A program made the position numbers and the translations under genes. DNA of 64,000 bases, taken from positions 261,297 through 325,296 of the forward strand of contig JAYQHX010000002.1 of NCBI GenBank assembly GCA_038141355.1, read 5' to 3'. Below, piece after piece: positions 53,969 to 64,000 of this stretch. Under the pieces are notes generated by a model. It ran no database searches, was not told the origin of the DNA, and saw only the letters and a list, made by a program, of their open reading frames with translations. Numbering within the stretch: position 1 is the stretch's first letter; each line of letters starts with the position of its first letter. This stretch comes from Methanobacteriota archaeon. GTDB lineage: Archaea; Thermoplasmatota; Poseidoniia; Poseidoniales; Poseidoniaceae.

Positions 53969-54802
53969 ATGTTAGTAAGCGGAATTTCACTTTTATTTGT
54001 AATAATCAGAATTGCTTGGGACAAGTACAAATCAGTTAAAATCGAAAATCCAGAACTTGATAGGGAATGGGTCTCGGATTGTGCTAAACTTACCACAGCG
54101 ACTTACAAAGGTAGCACTGTAAATCTAAAAAATGTTAGAGATTTTACTTGGCTAAGTAAAAGAGAGCATGAAAACAAGTGGAGCAATCTTGAGGTAAAAC
54201 TCGACGATCTTGTCGACATATGGTTCGTAATTGACCATTTCCACAAAATAAGAGGCATGGCTCACACAATGCTGACTTTTGAATTCAAGGATGGGCAATA
54301 CATTACCTTCTCATTCGAGACTAGGAGGGAAGTCGGAGAAAGGTACAATCCTTGGAACGGCTTATGGAGAGCATATGAGTTGTATCTACTCGTAGCTACC
54401 GAATCAGATGCTTTGCACCTTAGGACCAATATCAGGGGCAATAAGGTCCATCTTTTCAGAGTTCAGGCTCCACCAGGAAAAGACAAGGCACTGTTCAATG
54501 CCCTTTGTGATAGAGCGAACCAACTTGCAGAGAAGCCAGAATGGTATCACACTATTTCCAAGACATGCACCACGTCAATTGTTGACCAGGTTAATCTGAT
54601 CACTCCCGGTAGAATACCAAGAATGTGGAGAACTCTACTTCCGGGGCATTCAGCAAGGGCTGCTTGGAAATTAAAATTGATAGAAGATTGGGGTGGATAC
54701 GAATCAACTCTTGAGGCTTCGAGGGTCGATATTAGAGCAAAGAAATGGAATGGAAAAGAAGATTTTTCCAGTTTCATTCGTGCCCATTTTCCTCCCAAAT
54801 GA
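53969..54802 (+). CDS. DUF4105 (Lnb N-terminal-like) protein
   Basis: NVRDF, AHTMLTFEF, SFETRRE, YEL, PEWYHTISKTCTT. Confidence 0.8.
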   Translation: MLVSGISLLFVIIRIAWDKYKSVKIENPELDREWVSDCAKLTTATYKGSTVNLKNVRDFTWLSKREHENKWSNLEVKLDDLVDIWFVIDHFHKIRGMAHTMLTFEFKDGQYITFSFETRREVGERYNPWNGLWRAYELYLLVATESDALHLRTNIRGNKVHLFRVQAPPGKDKALFNALCDRANQLAEKPEWYHTISKTCTTSIVDQVNLITPGRIPRMWRTLLPGHSARAAWKLKLIEDWGGYESTLEASRVDIRAKKWNGKEDFSSFIRAHFPPK

Positions 54803-55355
54803 ACAAAAGGTCGCCCTTTGATTTAGTGATTTCAACCACTCGATTTTTTACTCTGTTTCCTAGTCCTAATGTGCCTGTTTCTAAGTTCTGATTTTTTAGT
54901 TCAAATTCAGTTCCACTAATCGTCACCGATTCAACAATGCCGAATGCAAATAGCGCACAATTTGACTCCGTATTTAGATTCATTTTAAGGCCAGAATCTT
55001 GCACTCTACACGCTCTCCATCCATCGAAATATAGAATTGCATCAGACTTGGTTTCAAACAAAGAAGTGAATGCTCCGATCCTGTGGTCGAGTCGCCCGCC
55101 ATCTATTCCAAAAACCGTGGTTACTTTGTACTTTGAAAGAGCCTTAGATAGATCGGAATTATCTTGAGATTCATCCTTGAATAAACCCTTAGAATTTTTG
55201 ATGCTATCCATGTCTCCAATAACCTCATGCCAACCATCAAATCTATCAGCAGCCCCATCTAATGCGATGACAAAATCTGAATTGGATAATAGGTCATGGA
55301 AGAGTTGATTTTTTTCCCAATGGCCATTCCCAACAACTAGGATTTTTTCGCCCAT
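54774..55355 (-). CDS. thiN: Thiamine pyrophosphokinase
   Basis: ALDGAA, IGDMDS, QDNSDLSKAL, GGRLDH, LGLGN. Confidence 0.85.
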   Translation of the reverse strand: MGEKILVVGNGHWEKNQLFHDLLSNSDFVIALDGAADRFDGWHEVIGDMDSIKNSKGLFKDESQDNSDLSKALSKYKVTTVFGIDGGRLDHRIGAFTSLFETKSDAILYFDGWRACRVQDSGLKMNLNTESNCALFAFGIVESVTISGTEFELKNQNLETGTLGLGNRVKNRVVEITKSKGDLLFIWEENGHE

Positions 55356-55407
55356 GTTTATCCCACAAAGTTTGATTTTTCAAGCAGTTTGGTTAGGGGA
55401 AAAATAA

Positions 55408-55427
55408 CGGCCCCCTAAAGGGGGCCG
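55408..55427. other. Perfect GC-rich hairpin in divergent intergenic region
   Basis: CGGCCCCC-TAAA-GGGGGCCG (8-bp stem, 4-nt loop) with A-rich flanks. Confidence 0.7.
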
Positions 55428-55478
55428 AAAAAGCATTTGTTGGCAATAGTTTTGTAGGTTAGGGAACCTGACTGAGTC

Positions 55479-58400
55479 ATGCCTCGGCAGAATCGCAAAA
55501 TTCCAATTGCGGTTTTGGCTTTATTTTTGATTCAATTACTGTCTCCAATGGCTCTCGATTTTGCAACTTCAATCAGTCTAAGTGATGGCGCGAAATCGAA
55601 CACAGTTGGCTTTTCATCAGGTTCTGGGCATGAATTAGCTGGCGACTCAATATCCGTGGACGGTAAGAGTTGGAATGTGAGAGGAGAATCGATTTTAGAT
55701 TTCTGGAATTTAGAAAGTCAAGGAATTTCTAGCAACAAGCCAGTAGATTTGTTTGTCAGTGATGATGGAATTGGATATGGTTGTTCTATTAATGGCTCTC
55801 AAATCAACATGCATACCTTGCACCTAAACGGCAGTTTTGACACTTTGGAGATTGAAACTCTTCAAGGCGCAGATGTTCCAGATGAATGTGCAATTTCAGT
55901 TGCAGACCAACATAGAATTCAAGTTGCCTACAACGTTGGTGATGATTTGCGTTTAGCAAGACTAGCGGAGAAGAATGTAGTCTACCAACAAAGAACATGG
56001 CATTTGAGAACCATCGTAGAAGATGTTTTTTCTGAAGGCCTCAAATTGGAATTTGATTCAGAATACAGGACACATATTTTGTTCAAAGATTCTGATATGG
56101 CATTGAGACATGTATGGTTCAACAAAGCATTCTGGAACCAAACTATACTCGACCAAGGTCCAATTGGCGGAGATATTGAAATCAAAATCGATGAAAATGA
56201 TTGGTTCCATGTAGTCTACACTCACACCTCTGAAGGGGAATTAAGACTGTTAAAGTTCAATGAAACTCAAGAGTTTAGACAAGTATTGGCCCGAAGTACC
56301 ACAATTGGAGAAGCAATAGGAATGGATTTGGATTCAAACAACATAGAGCAGATAGTTTACTCAAAATCAGACGGAATGGGTAATAATTCAATATCACTAC
56401 TTCGCAGTTTGGTTGGAAAAGATACTGGAAGATTAGAACCTGCTCCAAAATACCAAATTCAGTACGATGACGATTCTCCTGAAGGAACAATCGTTTCAGG
56501 CGATTTCAATGGAGATGGAAAATCGGATTTAGCGTATTCAGATCCTGTCGGCAATGGAACAATTTCAATTCACTACGGCTCATCAGCCGGAATAAATTCC
56601 AATGTTGATGATATGCTAGTGGGTTTATTCAGTAATTCGAATCTTGGAACAGGACTCGCTGCTGGAGATTTCAACTGTGATGGATTCGATGACCTAGCAT
56701 CTAGCGAGCCAGGTAATTCAGTTAACAATTCAGGACATGTTTCAATAAGATTGGGAACAAGCGCCGGCATCGATTCTAATGAGTGGTGGTCAATGAATGG
56801 AAGCGAACAAGACTTCCTAGGTTGGTCCTTGACATCTTTAGGAGATGTAGAGTCCGATGGTTGTACTGATTTGGCAGTAGTTTCAAACAAAACCATTGTT
56901 GAAAATATTCCAGCAACTCTGTCACAAATAGGTTTAATCATGATTTTGCAGGGTAATTCAACAACAATGATACACCAAGCAAATATTACTCAATCCGATT
57001 ACGGTCCAATGTTTGGCAGACAAATCGCAGCGGGAGGAGACGTAAATGGAGACGGTTATCTCGATATGGTAGTCTCTAACACTGGAACTGAAGATTCTCC
57101 AACAGGTTATTCTAGCATTGAGTTCTTCCACGGTGATGCAAATGGAATAAACACAACTGCAATCAACACCTTCTCAATTGCAACTCAAGGAAGACTGTAC
57201 GGCGTTTCAATGGCCTTTGTCGGTGACGTCGAAGGTGATGGATTCGATGACATCATCGTAAGTGAACTATATGCAGATACAGGATTATACCATTCTGGAA
57301 AGGTACACATGTGGTCTGGTTCGGAGAATGGTTCGGCTACGAGTTGGAGTACCAAGGGTTCATTCTCAAATGCTTTACTTGGGTCTAATATTGCACCCGC
57401 TGGAGACATCAACGAAGACGGATATGATGATTTCATGTTAGTTTCACCAACTGCCCAAAAATCTGGTAAAATTGAGTTATACCTTGGTTCAGCAAACGGG
57501 CCAAGAACCGATATACAAACAATAGCTCAAGGGGATGCACAGGAGTACGTTGGAGTCAACATTATCTCAGGAATCGATGTTGATGGCGATGGTATGAATG
57601 AGATTCTTTATTCGGAAAGAGACCTGACACAAGGTGAAGATTTCGCACCAATTTTGTCATTAGTTTCGGAAAGAGATTGGGAATTCGTAGAATTTGATTT
57701 CGATAATCCTGTGGCCGAATTAGAGTTGTTTACACCACTAAGAGGGTCTCCATCAATTATGACAATTTTAGAGGATAACAAAATATCGATGACAGATTTC
57801 ATCATCGACGGCACACCATCTGGAAGATGGGATACGAGAGAGTTGGGAACTGTTAGTGACGCTAGTTTTGGAATTTCTAATTCAGGTTATCCAATCGTAT
57901 TATTGCAATCCAATAATGAAATAAAAACGCTGACTGTTGAAGGCCATACTGGACTTGATTTTACATTAAACACAGGTACAGGATTAGGCAAGAACATGGA
58001 CACTGCCCTTGATTCTGATGGATACTTACGATTTGGACATTATACCCCTTCATTTTCATCGATTTTCTACACGAATGAACTTTCCAACGGATTTGCCACT
58101 ACAACTACGATTGTAAGTTCGGTTAACGTTGTACACCCAATCGATATTTTCGTTGATTCAAGCGATGAAAGCAGATTGGTATATGTTGAATCCTCGGGAG
58201 AAGTCCACCTGATGACTTCAGGCTCATCTTGGACAGATGAAACAATATCTAATACAAGCATTGGATATGATTTTGATAGCATTTGGACATCTGGTGACGA
58301 ATTAATTTATGCCCAGATCTCAGAAGTAAGTGGCATCAAGACATTACAAGTTGTCAAGCACAATTCGACAAATACTACCTTTTCAAACATAACAGCTGCT

Positions 58401-61400
58401 AATCTAACATCAGAGTTTGAAATTGGATTAGTAGGTGACCAAATCGTGGTATCTCTGATTGATGGTGGCCGAATGAAAATCTTTGAATCTAATTTAACCG
58501 GAGGTAATTGGACTGAAGTTGCAGATTCTTGGATGCTAGGTGAAACTAGTGAGTTCACCCTAGAAATGAGCGGTAATGTTGTATTATTCGACGCTAATAA
58601 TTCCGTTCAAGGTTTCATGATAAGAAATTCAACAGGTTCATGGAATCAGCAATCTGCTTCGATTCCAGATACTAATTCAAGTATCGAATTTTTGGTCGAT
58701 GGAGATAGATGGCACGTCACTTCAACAAATGATAACAACCTAATGGTTTGGACCACTGGAATTGTTGAGGATATGCTCAGTCCAACAACCTCGGTAATCT
58801 TCCCTGCAGTAGAAACATACGATCCAATTCCAATAGATTTAGCAGGTGGGAAACTTATGCTTTCTTATTCTCAAACTCTTGCTAACAGTTTCAAGACGAT
58901 GAGGTTGATTGCAGACCAGGATAAAGATTTGATACCAGACATTCATGATGACATGTCAACAACTCCTAACCAGTGGAAAGATACGGATTCAGATGGCTAT
59001 GGAGACAATCCAGATGGTGCATCACCTGATGCATGTGTTTCAACCTTCGGAACATCATCCATTGAAGACTTGGGCTGCACTGACTTCGATGATGACGGAT
59101 GGTCTGATGCAACAGATGATTGTGCAAATGAAGATGGTACCTCGTGGTGGGGAAGGTTCGGTTGTGATGATGTTGACCAAGATGGATGGTCAGATAATGG
59201 AGTAACTTTCGTTGGTGGTGACAGATACCCAACTAACTGGAAACAAGCATTGGATTCCGACGGTGATACATACGGTGATAATCACGGTCCAGATTGCTGT
59301 GATGTCATTGTTCTTGGGGAATTGGAATCAAGTACTCCAGATGTTTTCCCATACAACAGGAAACAATGGGAAGATGATGATAACGACGGATACGGAGATA
59401 ACGAATCTGACCAAGAAACTGGTGACAAATGTTGGTGGGTGCAAGGATTCTCTTGGAGAGATAGGCTTGGTTGTGTAGATTCTGATGGAGATGGCGCATC
59501 GGATCCATCCGACTTTGGAACTTTCAGAGAATGGACTGAAGAAGACGGTGCTGATTGGTGGCCACAAGACCCTACTCAATGGGCCGATTCAGACCTAGAT
59601 GGATTCGGTGACAATTCATCCGATGATGCAACACTTCCAGATAAATTCCCTACTAACCCTTCAGCTGCTAATGATACGGATAACGATGGATATCCAAATA
59701 ATTGGACTGCACTCGAGAACGGAACCAATCGAGGAGGATTATTCCTCGACAATTGTCCTAACGTGGTAGGAAATTCCACTAGCGCAATGGATGGGTCAGG
59801 TAATTTGGTTCCCTACTATGGCTGCATCGATAGTGACGGTGATGGCCGTGAAGATGGTTCAGATGATTTCCCACTTGACCCTACACAAGTCGCCGACACA
59901 GATGGCGATGGTTGGGGAGATAATCAAAATGGAAACGACCCTGATGCTTGTCCATATGATGCCGGAGTAATCAACGGTACAAAACCAAACGGAGACCCTG
60001 GTGTTGGTTGTCCAATTGTTGGAGAAGAGTCCGATTATGACAACGACGGCATACCTGATGATTATGATGATTGTAATAATACCGAAGCAGGTCATAGTGT
60101 AGATGAAATTGGTTGTTCAGAATATCAAAAAGACGACGACCAAGATGGTGTGTCTAACGCTGAGGATTCCTGCCCTGAAACACCAATTTCTGAACTAGCC
60201 GATGACATTGGATGTTCAGATTCGCAACGAGATACAGATACAGACGGTGACGGCATAACAGATCCATTTGACAAATGTCCAGGAACAGAACAAGACCTCA
60301 TGATTGATTTAGATGGATGCGCATTAAACCAACTGGACAGTGATAACGATGGTGTCACCGATAACTTAGACCTATGTCCAGATACAGAAGAAGATATGCC
60401 GGTTCTTTCAAACGGTTGTTTAGATGAAACTGCCCTGTTGGAAGATATAGATGGAGACGGCTACAAAGGTCCATACACGTACTACCCTGACAATGGAACC
60501 CATGTGGGAGATGCTTTCCCGCTGGATTCATCACAATGGGAAGATAGAGATGGGGATGGTTATGGTGATTCTATCTCCGGTAATAATTCTGATTTCTGTC
60601 CTGATGAGTTTGGTAATTCAACGAAGAAAGGTAAACTTGGCTGTATCGATACAGATGGAGATGGGTACAGAGATATCGGTGATGATAAATTCCCAACCGA
60701 GCCAACTCAATGGGATGATAACGATTTAGATGGCTGGGGAGATAACCCTGATGGAAGAGACCCTGACAAATGTTTGGGAACAAGTACAGCTGGAGATTAT
60801 ACTGCACAAGCTAGAGCGAATTTCGGTTGTGCAGATTATGAATCGGATAGTGATGGAGATGGTGTCACTGATGACATTGATGCATGTATGAATACTGAGC
60901 CAGGAGTTCCAGTCTACCCAAGTGGCTGTAAAATGATCATCGAAGAAACCGATGACGGTGATGCACAGTTAATCATGGGAATGGAACCAATGATGTTCTA
61001 CATTGCAGCAGGAGGCGGAGGATTATTCGCAATCCTGTTGATTGTTTTCGTCGTTTCTAAACTAAGAGGCGGAGGATCTAGTGATGATTGGTTCGATGAT
61101 GACGATGATGACGACGATTATTACGACGATGATGATGAAGACGATTTCATGGCAGGAATCCTAGGTGGGGGGCAATCTAGAGGGCCACCACGCTCTGGAG
61201 GACCTGCATCAGGCCCATCAAGAGGTCCTTCAGGAGCAGGTCCTTCTCGAGGACCCCCGGGAGCTGGCCCATCGAGTGGCCCAAGTAGGGGGCCACCAGG
61301 AGCAGGACCTTCACGAGGGCCACCAGGAGCCGGTCCGTCACGAGGGCCACCAGGAGCTGCACCACCTACAGGCAGGCCACCATCTGGTCCAACAATGCCA

Positions 61401-61643
61401 GATCCAAGAGGCCCTGCCAGAGGAAAGAAGGTCTCGAAGCGCAAACCGATTGGAAAACCAGCAGTCGAAATTGACCCTGACCTGTTTTCAAATGACGAGA
61501 TAGGAGATAGAGATGCTGCCATAGATTGGACAAAGGGTGCACTAAAAGGCGGAGAAAATGAGAGAAGCATTCTGATGCAATTACAAACAACAGGATGGTC
61601 TGCACCTCAATCAAGAGCTATTATTGAATTATCAAAAAGGTGA
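55479..61643 (+). CDS. Giant surface protein (2054 aa): FG-GAP repeats, TSP3-like repeats, TM, acidic and Gly/Pro-rich cytoplasmic tail
   Basis: GDFNGDGKSDL, GDVNGDGYLD, GDINEDGYDD FG-GAP units; many DxDxDG/CP repeats; TM about 61000-61060. Confidence 0.88.
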   Translation: MPRQNRKIPIAVLALFLIQLLSPMALDFATSISLSDGAKSNTVGFSSGSGHELAGDSISVDGKSWNVRGESILDFWNLESQGISSNKPVDLFVSDDGIGYGCSINGSQINMHTLHLNGSFDTLEIETLQGADVPDECAISVADQHRIQVAYNVGDDLRLARLAEKNVVYQQRTWHLRTIVEDVFSEGLKLEFDSEYRTHILFKDSDMALRHVWFNKAFWNQTILDQGPIGGDIEIKIDENDWFHVVYTHTSEGELRLLKFNETQEFRQVLARSTTIGEAIGMDLDSNNIEQIVYSKSDGMGNNSISLLRSLVGKDTGRLEPAPKYQIQYDDDSPEGTIVSGDFNGDGKSDLAYSDPVGNGTISIHYGSSAGINSNVDDMLVGLFSNSNLGTGLAAGDFNCDGFDDLASSEPGNSVNNSGHVSIRLGTSAGIDSNEWWSMNGSEQDFLGWSLTSLGDVESDGCTDLAVVSNKTIVENIPATLSQIGLIMILQGNSTTMIHQANITQSDYGPMFGRQIAAGGDVNGDGYLDMVVSNTGTEDSPTGYSSIEFFHGDANGINTTAINTFSIATQGRLYGVSMAFVGDVEGDGFDDIIVSELYADTGLYHSGKVHMWSGSENGSATSWSTKGSFSNALLGSNIAPAGDINEDGYDDFMLVSPTAQKSGKIELYLGSANGPRTDIQTIAQGDAQEYVGVNIISGIDVDGDGMNEILYSERDLTQGEDFAPILSLVSERDWEFVEFDFDNPVAELELFTPLRGSPSIMTILEDNKISMTDFIIDGTPSGRWDTRELGTVSDASFGISNSGYPIVLLQSNNEIKTLTVEGHTGLDFTLNTGTGLGKNMDTALDSDGYLRFGHYTPSFSSIFYTNELSNGFATTTTIVSSVNVVHPIDIFVDSSDESRLVYVESSGEVHLMTSGSSWTDETISNTSIGYDFDSIWTSGDELIYAQISEVSGIKTLQVVKHNSTNTTFSNITAANLTSEFEIGLVGDQIVVSLIDGGRMKIFESNLTGGNWTEVADSWMLGETSEFTLEMSGNVVLFDANNSVQGFMIRNSTGSWNQQSASIPDTNSSIEFLVDGDRWHVTSTNDNNLMVWTTGIVEDMLSPTTSVIFPAVETYDPIPIDLAGGKLMLSYSQTLANSFKTMRLIADQDKDLIPDIHDDMSTTPNQWKDTDSDGYGDNPDGASPDACVSTFGTSSIEDLGCTDFDDDGWSDATDDCANEDGTSWWGRFGCDDVDQDGWSDNGVTFVGGDRYPTNWKQALDSDGDTYGDNHGPDCCDVIVLGELESSTPDVFPYNRKQWEDDDNDGYGDNESDQETGDKCWWVQGFSWRDRLGCVDSDGDGASDPSDFGTFREWTEEDGADWWPQDPTQWADSDLDGFGDNSSDDATLPDKFPTNPSAANDTDNDGYPNNWTALENGTNRGGLFLDNCPNVVGNSTSAMDGSGNLVPYYGCIDSDGDGREDGSDDFPLDPTQVADTDGDGWGDNQNGNDPDACPYDAGVINGTKPNGDPGVGCPIVGEESDYDNDGIPDDYDDCNNTEAGHSVDEIGCSEYQKDDDQDGVSNAEDSCPETPISELADDIGCSDSQRDTDTDGDGITDPFDKCPGTEQDLMIDLDGCALNQLDSDNDGVTDNLDLCPDTEEDMPVLSNGCLDETALLEDIDGDGYKGPYTYYPDNGTHVGDAFPLDSSQWEDRDGDGYGDSISGNNSDFCPDEFGNSTKKGKLGCIDTDGDGYRDIGDDKFPTEPTQWDDNDLDGWGDNPDGRDPDKCLGTSTAGDYTAQARANFGCADYESDSDGDGVTDDIDACMNTEPGVPVYPSGCKMIIEETDDGDAQLIMGMEPMMFYIAAGGGGLFAILLIVFVVSKLRGGGSSDDWFDDDDDDDDYYDDDDEDDFMAGILGGGQSRGPPRSGGPASGPSRGPSGAGPSRGPPGAGPSSGPSRGPPGAGPSRGPPGAGPSRGPPGAAPPTGRPPSGPTMPDPRGPARGKKVSKRKPIGKPAVEIDPDLFSNDEIGDRDAAIDWTKGALKGGENERSILMQLQTTGWSAPQSRAIIELSKR
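61180..61390 (+). repeat. Coding tandem repeat (GPSRGPPGA)n
   Basis: Imperfect 27-nt units in the tail of the 2054-aa protein. Confidence 0.85.
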
Positions 61644-61703
61644 TTTTTTTAGACATCACACTCAAGAACTGTAAGAAATTGGGCCGGAAAGGGGAGAGAA
61701 AAA

Positions 61704-63179
61704 ATGTCAACTGATGCTGCAGATGTTTCGATGCCAGAAGGTATTGAAGTTGACGAAGCAGCAGCATATTTTGGTGTTTTCGAATCATCTGATGCTCTCC
61801 ATCAAATGATGGAAATGGGACGCTATGAAGCGTATGAAAGATTTTTCCAACTAGTTTCAGATTTGGTTTTGAAACCGGGAGATTTCGATTTTGAAGAAGC
61901 GAGTGAAAGATTGAATTGTGAGGGCGGAGAAATTTATTTCTTGGTAGCAGGCCATTTAGGTGTAATGTCTTTACCAGAAAAACTTCTCCTAGAAATCGAA
62001 GATGGTAGAATCACATCAGATGAAGCATCCAAACTTAGTGATTTGACTGACCCAATGAGATTGATGAAATTATTTGCAATAGCATCTCAAACCGGTGGAG
62101 ATGGAGAGACTACAAAATATGTAAAAGGCTTAGAAAACTTATTTTCTAATCCATCCGGAAACAAAGAATCCTTAATCAAATTAGCACAAGAATTCCAAGG
62201 AGCATTCGATGTTGCAGGGCACGTCACTCCCATACCTAGCCTCGCTAGCCCAAGCGCGCAAGCTAAGGAGGTTGAAGCATCAATCATCACTCCAGTATCT
62301 GAGCCAATACCTGAGGCTGCAAAATCCGAACCTGCACCTCCTCCAGTTGTAGAGGCAACTCCGGAACCAGTGGTTGAAGAAACAGTCCCTCTCCCTATGG
62401 AAGTCGAAGAAGAGACCATTCCTCTTCCTAAACTTGAACCTGTGAAAGTTGAAGAAGATACTAGAAAAGAATCTGAGAAAACCGAAGATGCGTTTTCCGG
62501 GGCATTCGCAGTCATGGCTCCCGAACCGGAACCGGAACCAGAACCGGAACCGGAACCAGAACCTGAACCCGAACCAGAACCGGAACCGGAACCAGAACCG
62601 GAACCAGAACCGGAAACTGAACCTGAACCAGAACCAGAACCGGAACCAGAAACCGAAGGAGAAGAGTCACTGGAAGAAGCCTTTGCTGCTGCAGATACGG
62701 ATAGTAGCGGAGGACTATCAATTCAAGAAGTTGCAGATGCAACGGGATTAGATATTGAAGAGGCTGCTAAATTACATGCTGAAGCGGATGTAGATGGTGA
62801 TGGTCAAGTCACGCTTGAAGAATTAAAATCAAGACCTGAAGTTGCAGAAAAGATGGCTCTGCCAAAACCAGTCAAACCAATTAGGGCAGGAATCCAACCT
62901 CAGCAACAACCTGCTCAGCAAACACAGGTAAACCAACAAGAACAGTGGCAACAGCAGCAACAACAGCAACAGTGGCAACAACAGCAACAGTGGCAACAGC
63001 AGCAACAACAGCAGCAATGGCAACAGCAACAGTGGCAACAACAGCAACAACAACAAAACTGGAATCAAATGCAGCCGATTCAACCGACTATAAGGTCAGG
63101 ATTCCACTGCAGAGGTTGTAGAATTGGACTAGATCTTAGCTGGAGATTTTGTCCTATTTGTGGAACACAAAACAGATAA
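61704..63179 (+). CDS. Low-complexity protein with (PE)n linker, EF-hand pair, Gln/Trp tract and C-terminal Zn ribbon
   Basis: [12 protein letters not shown] and [14 protein letters not shown]-hands; CRGC...CPIC. Confidence 0.8.
   Translation: MSTDAADVSMPEGIEVDEAAAYFGVFESSDALHQMMEMGRYEAYERFFQLVSDLVLKPGDFDFEEASERLNCEGGEIYFLVAGHLGVMSLPEKLLLEIEDGRITSDEASKLSDLTDPMRLMKLFAIASQTGGDGETTKYVKGLENLFSNPSGNKESLIKLAQEFQGAFDVAGHVTPIPSLASPSAQAKEVEASIITPVSEPIPEAAKSEPAPPPVVEATPEPVVEETVPLPMEVEEETIPLPKLEPVKVEEDTRKESEKTEDAFSGAFAVMAPEPEPEPEPEPEPEPEPEPEPEPEPEPEPEPETEPEPEPEPEPETEGEESLEEAFAAADTDSSGGLSIQEVADATGLDIEEAAKLHAEADVDGDGQVTLEELKSRPEVAEKMALPKPVKPIRAGIQPQQQPAQQTQVNQQEQWQQQQQQQQWQQQQQWQQQQQQQQWQQQQWQQQQQQQNWNQMQPIQPTIRSGFHCRGCRIGLDLSWRFCPICGTQNR
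62520..62657 (+). repeat. Coding hexamer repeat (CCRGAA)n encoding Pro-Glu
   Basis: About 20 PE units visible directly. Confidence 0.95.
62935..63063 (+). repeat. Coding CAA/CAG repeat encoding poly-Gln punctuated by Trp
   Basis: [17 protein letters not shown]... Confidence 0.95.
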
Positions 63180-64000
63180 TCAGCCAATAAATTCGCCATT
63201 ATCAAGTAATTGGGAATCATCTAACCAAACAGATGGCTTGGTAATTACTCCTGGAATGTGAATGCCAACGGAAGCAGTTCCTCCAAGACTAGTATTATCT
63301 CCGATTGAAAAGTAGCAAGTTCCTTGTCTCTTTTCGTCTTCTAAAACGTGCCCAGTCAGTCTAGCATTAGGATTCATACCAAAGCCAAATTCAGCCACAG
63401 TCCAAACCGATTCTCTATCTCTTGACCTAAGTCTTGAAGCTGCTTCTCCAAATTGTTGACGTATTTGTGCAGCGGTTGAATCACCTTTTATGTCAATAAC
63501 AATTCCGTTTTCAATCGTTAATTCAAGAGGCTCTTCTAATAATGTCGATTCCCAAGTTCCATCGATTACAATCGTGCCATTCATCGTGCCTTCTTTTGGC
63601 ATAACGAATGCCTTTCCTGCAGGAAGGTTCGTAATCATCCTTGGACGATTACATATTCCGTTATCATCCAACTTCCAATCTTTTGAAGATATTTCAAACT
63701 CGACGTCGGTTCCATTAGAATCTTTTACGTGTACCAATTTCTTTCTTCTTAGAACTCCAGAAAGATTCGACAGATTTTTCTTTATTTCTTCAAAATCTGC
63801 TGTCATTCCACCATTGATGAACATCTCATTTGTTAGGCCAGGCATTGTGGCGACCCTTGCTCCTTCTTTTAGAGCAGTTCTTATCGCTCTAGTATGGGTA
63901 AGAGAATATCTTGTTGGAGCGATAACAATCTGTTGTTGTCGCATTAGGTTTGCTACAGGTGATGGTGGCTCTTCTCCGTGGTGTCTGCCTTTTGGCATAA
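63180..64000 (-). CDS. M29-like (thermophilic) aminopeptidase; N-terminus beyond window end
   Basis: SLTHT, ATMPG, NLPAG, IVIDG, VAEFGFGMNP, LEDEK, GDN, GIH. Confidence 0.85.
   Translation of the reverse strand, partial: MPKGRHHGEEPPSPVANLMRQQQIVIAPTRYSLTHTRAIRTALKEGARVATMPGLTNEMFINGGMTADFEEIKKNLSNLSGVLRRKKLVHVKDSNGTDVEFEISSKDWKLDDNGICNRPRMITNLPAGKAFVMPKEGTMNGTIVIDGTWESTLLEEPLELTIENGIVIDIKGDSTAAQIRQQFGEAASRLRSRDRESVWTVAEFGFGMNPNARLTGHVLEDEKRQGTCYFSIGDNTSLGGTASVGIHIPGVITKPSVWLDDSQLLDNGEFIG

Noticed and set aside
55356-55478. TPP riboswitch upstream of thiN
   Set aside because: The conserved CTGAGA and CCTGA...AGCG..GG core is not present on the thiN strand
50700-60900. Periodic DNA similarity suggesting a CRISPR array
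   Set aside because: Repeats are degenerate at synonymous positions and in frame; they encode DxDxDG protein repeats
17-63083. Numerous antisense and overlapping short ORFs in the track (e.g. 17..400, 14600..15448, 24935..25621, 61121..61570, 62829..63083)
   Set aside because: Shadows of longer well-supported genes; Ser/Leu-rich with no recognisable motifs

Overview
Gene-dense, AT-rich archaeal-looking DNA. Inferred origin is Marine Group II/Poseidoniales (Thermoplasmatota), from large acidic secreted proteins with DxDxDG repeats, Taw2, GGTGA-type SD sites and TATA-like boxes about 25 nt before start codons. Most of the window is ordinary housekeeping and cell-surface content: ABC exporter, gpmA, uvrC, thiN, trhO, glycosyltransferases and giant surface proteins. 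The stand-out feature is a ~12.3 kb co-oriented minus-strand cluster (11182-23519) of seven genes: CARF-wHTH regulator, MYG1/DHH-like protein, Zn-ribbon/UVR-containing Upf1-like SF1 helicase, wHTH + HEPN (RxxxxH) protein, coiled-coil/DUF2997-like protein, ClpB-type AAA+ ATPase and NrdG-like radical SAM enzyme. The last five genes overlap each other, and a cluster of GTCAAC/GTTGAC boxes lies upstream of the second gene's TATA-like box. It looks like a nucleotide-signal-regulated defence/conflict system that I cannot match to a named system. An orphan N6-adenine methyltransferase lies nearby. Six genes carry single-base frameshifts in short mononucleotide runs, most likely long-read sequencing errors. 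No rRNA, tRNA, CRISPR array or integrase was recognised. All domain calls are by motif recognition, not database search.
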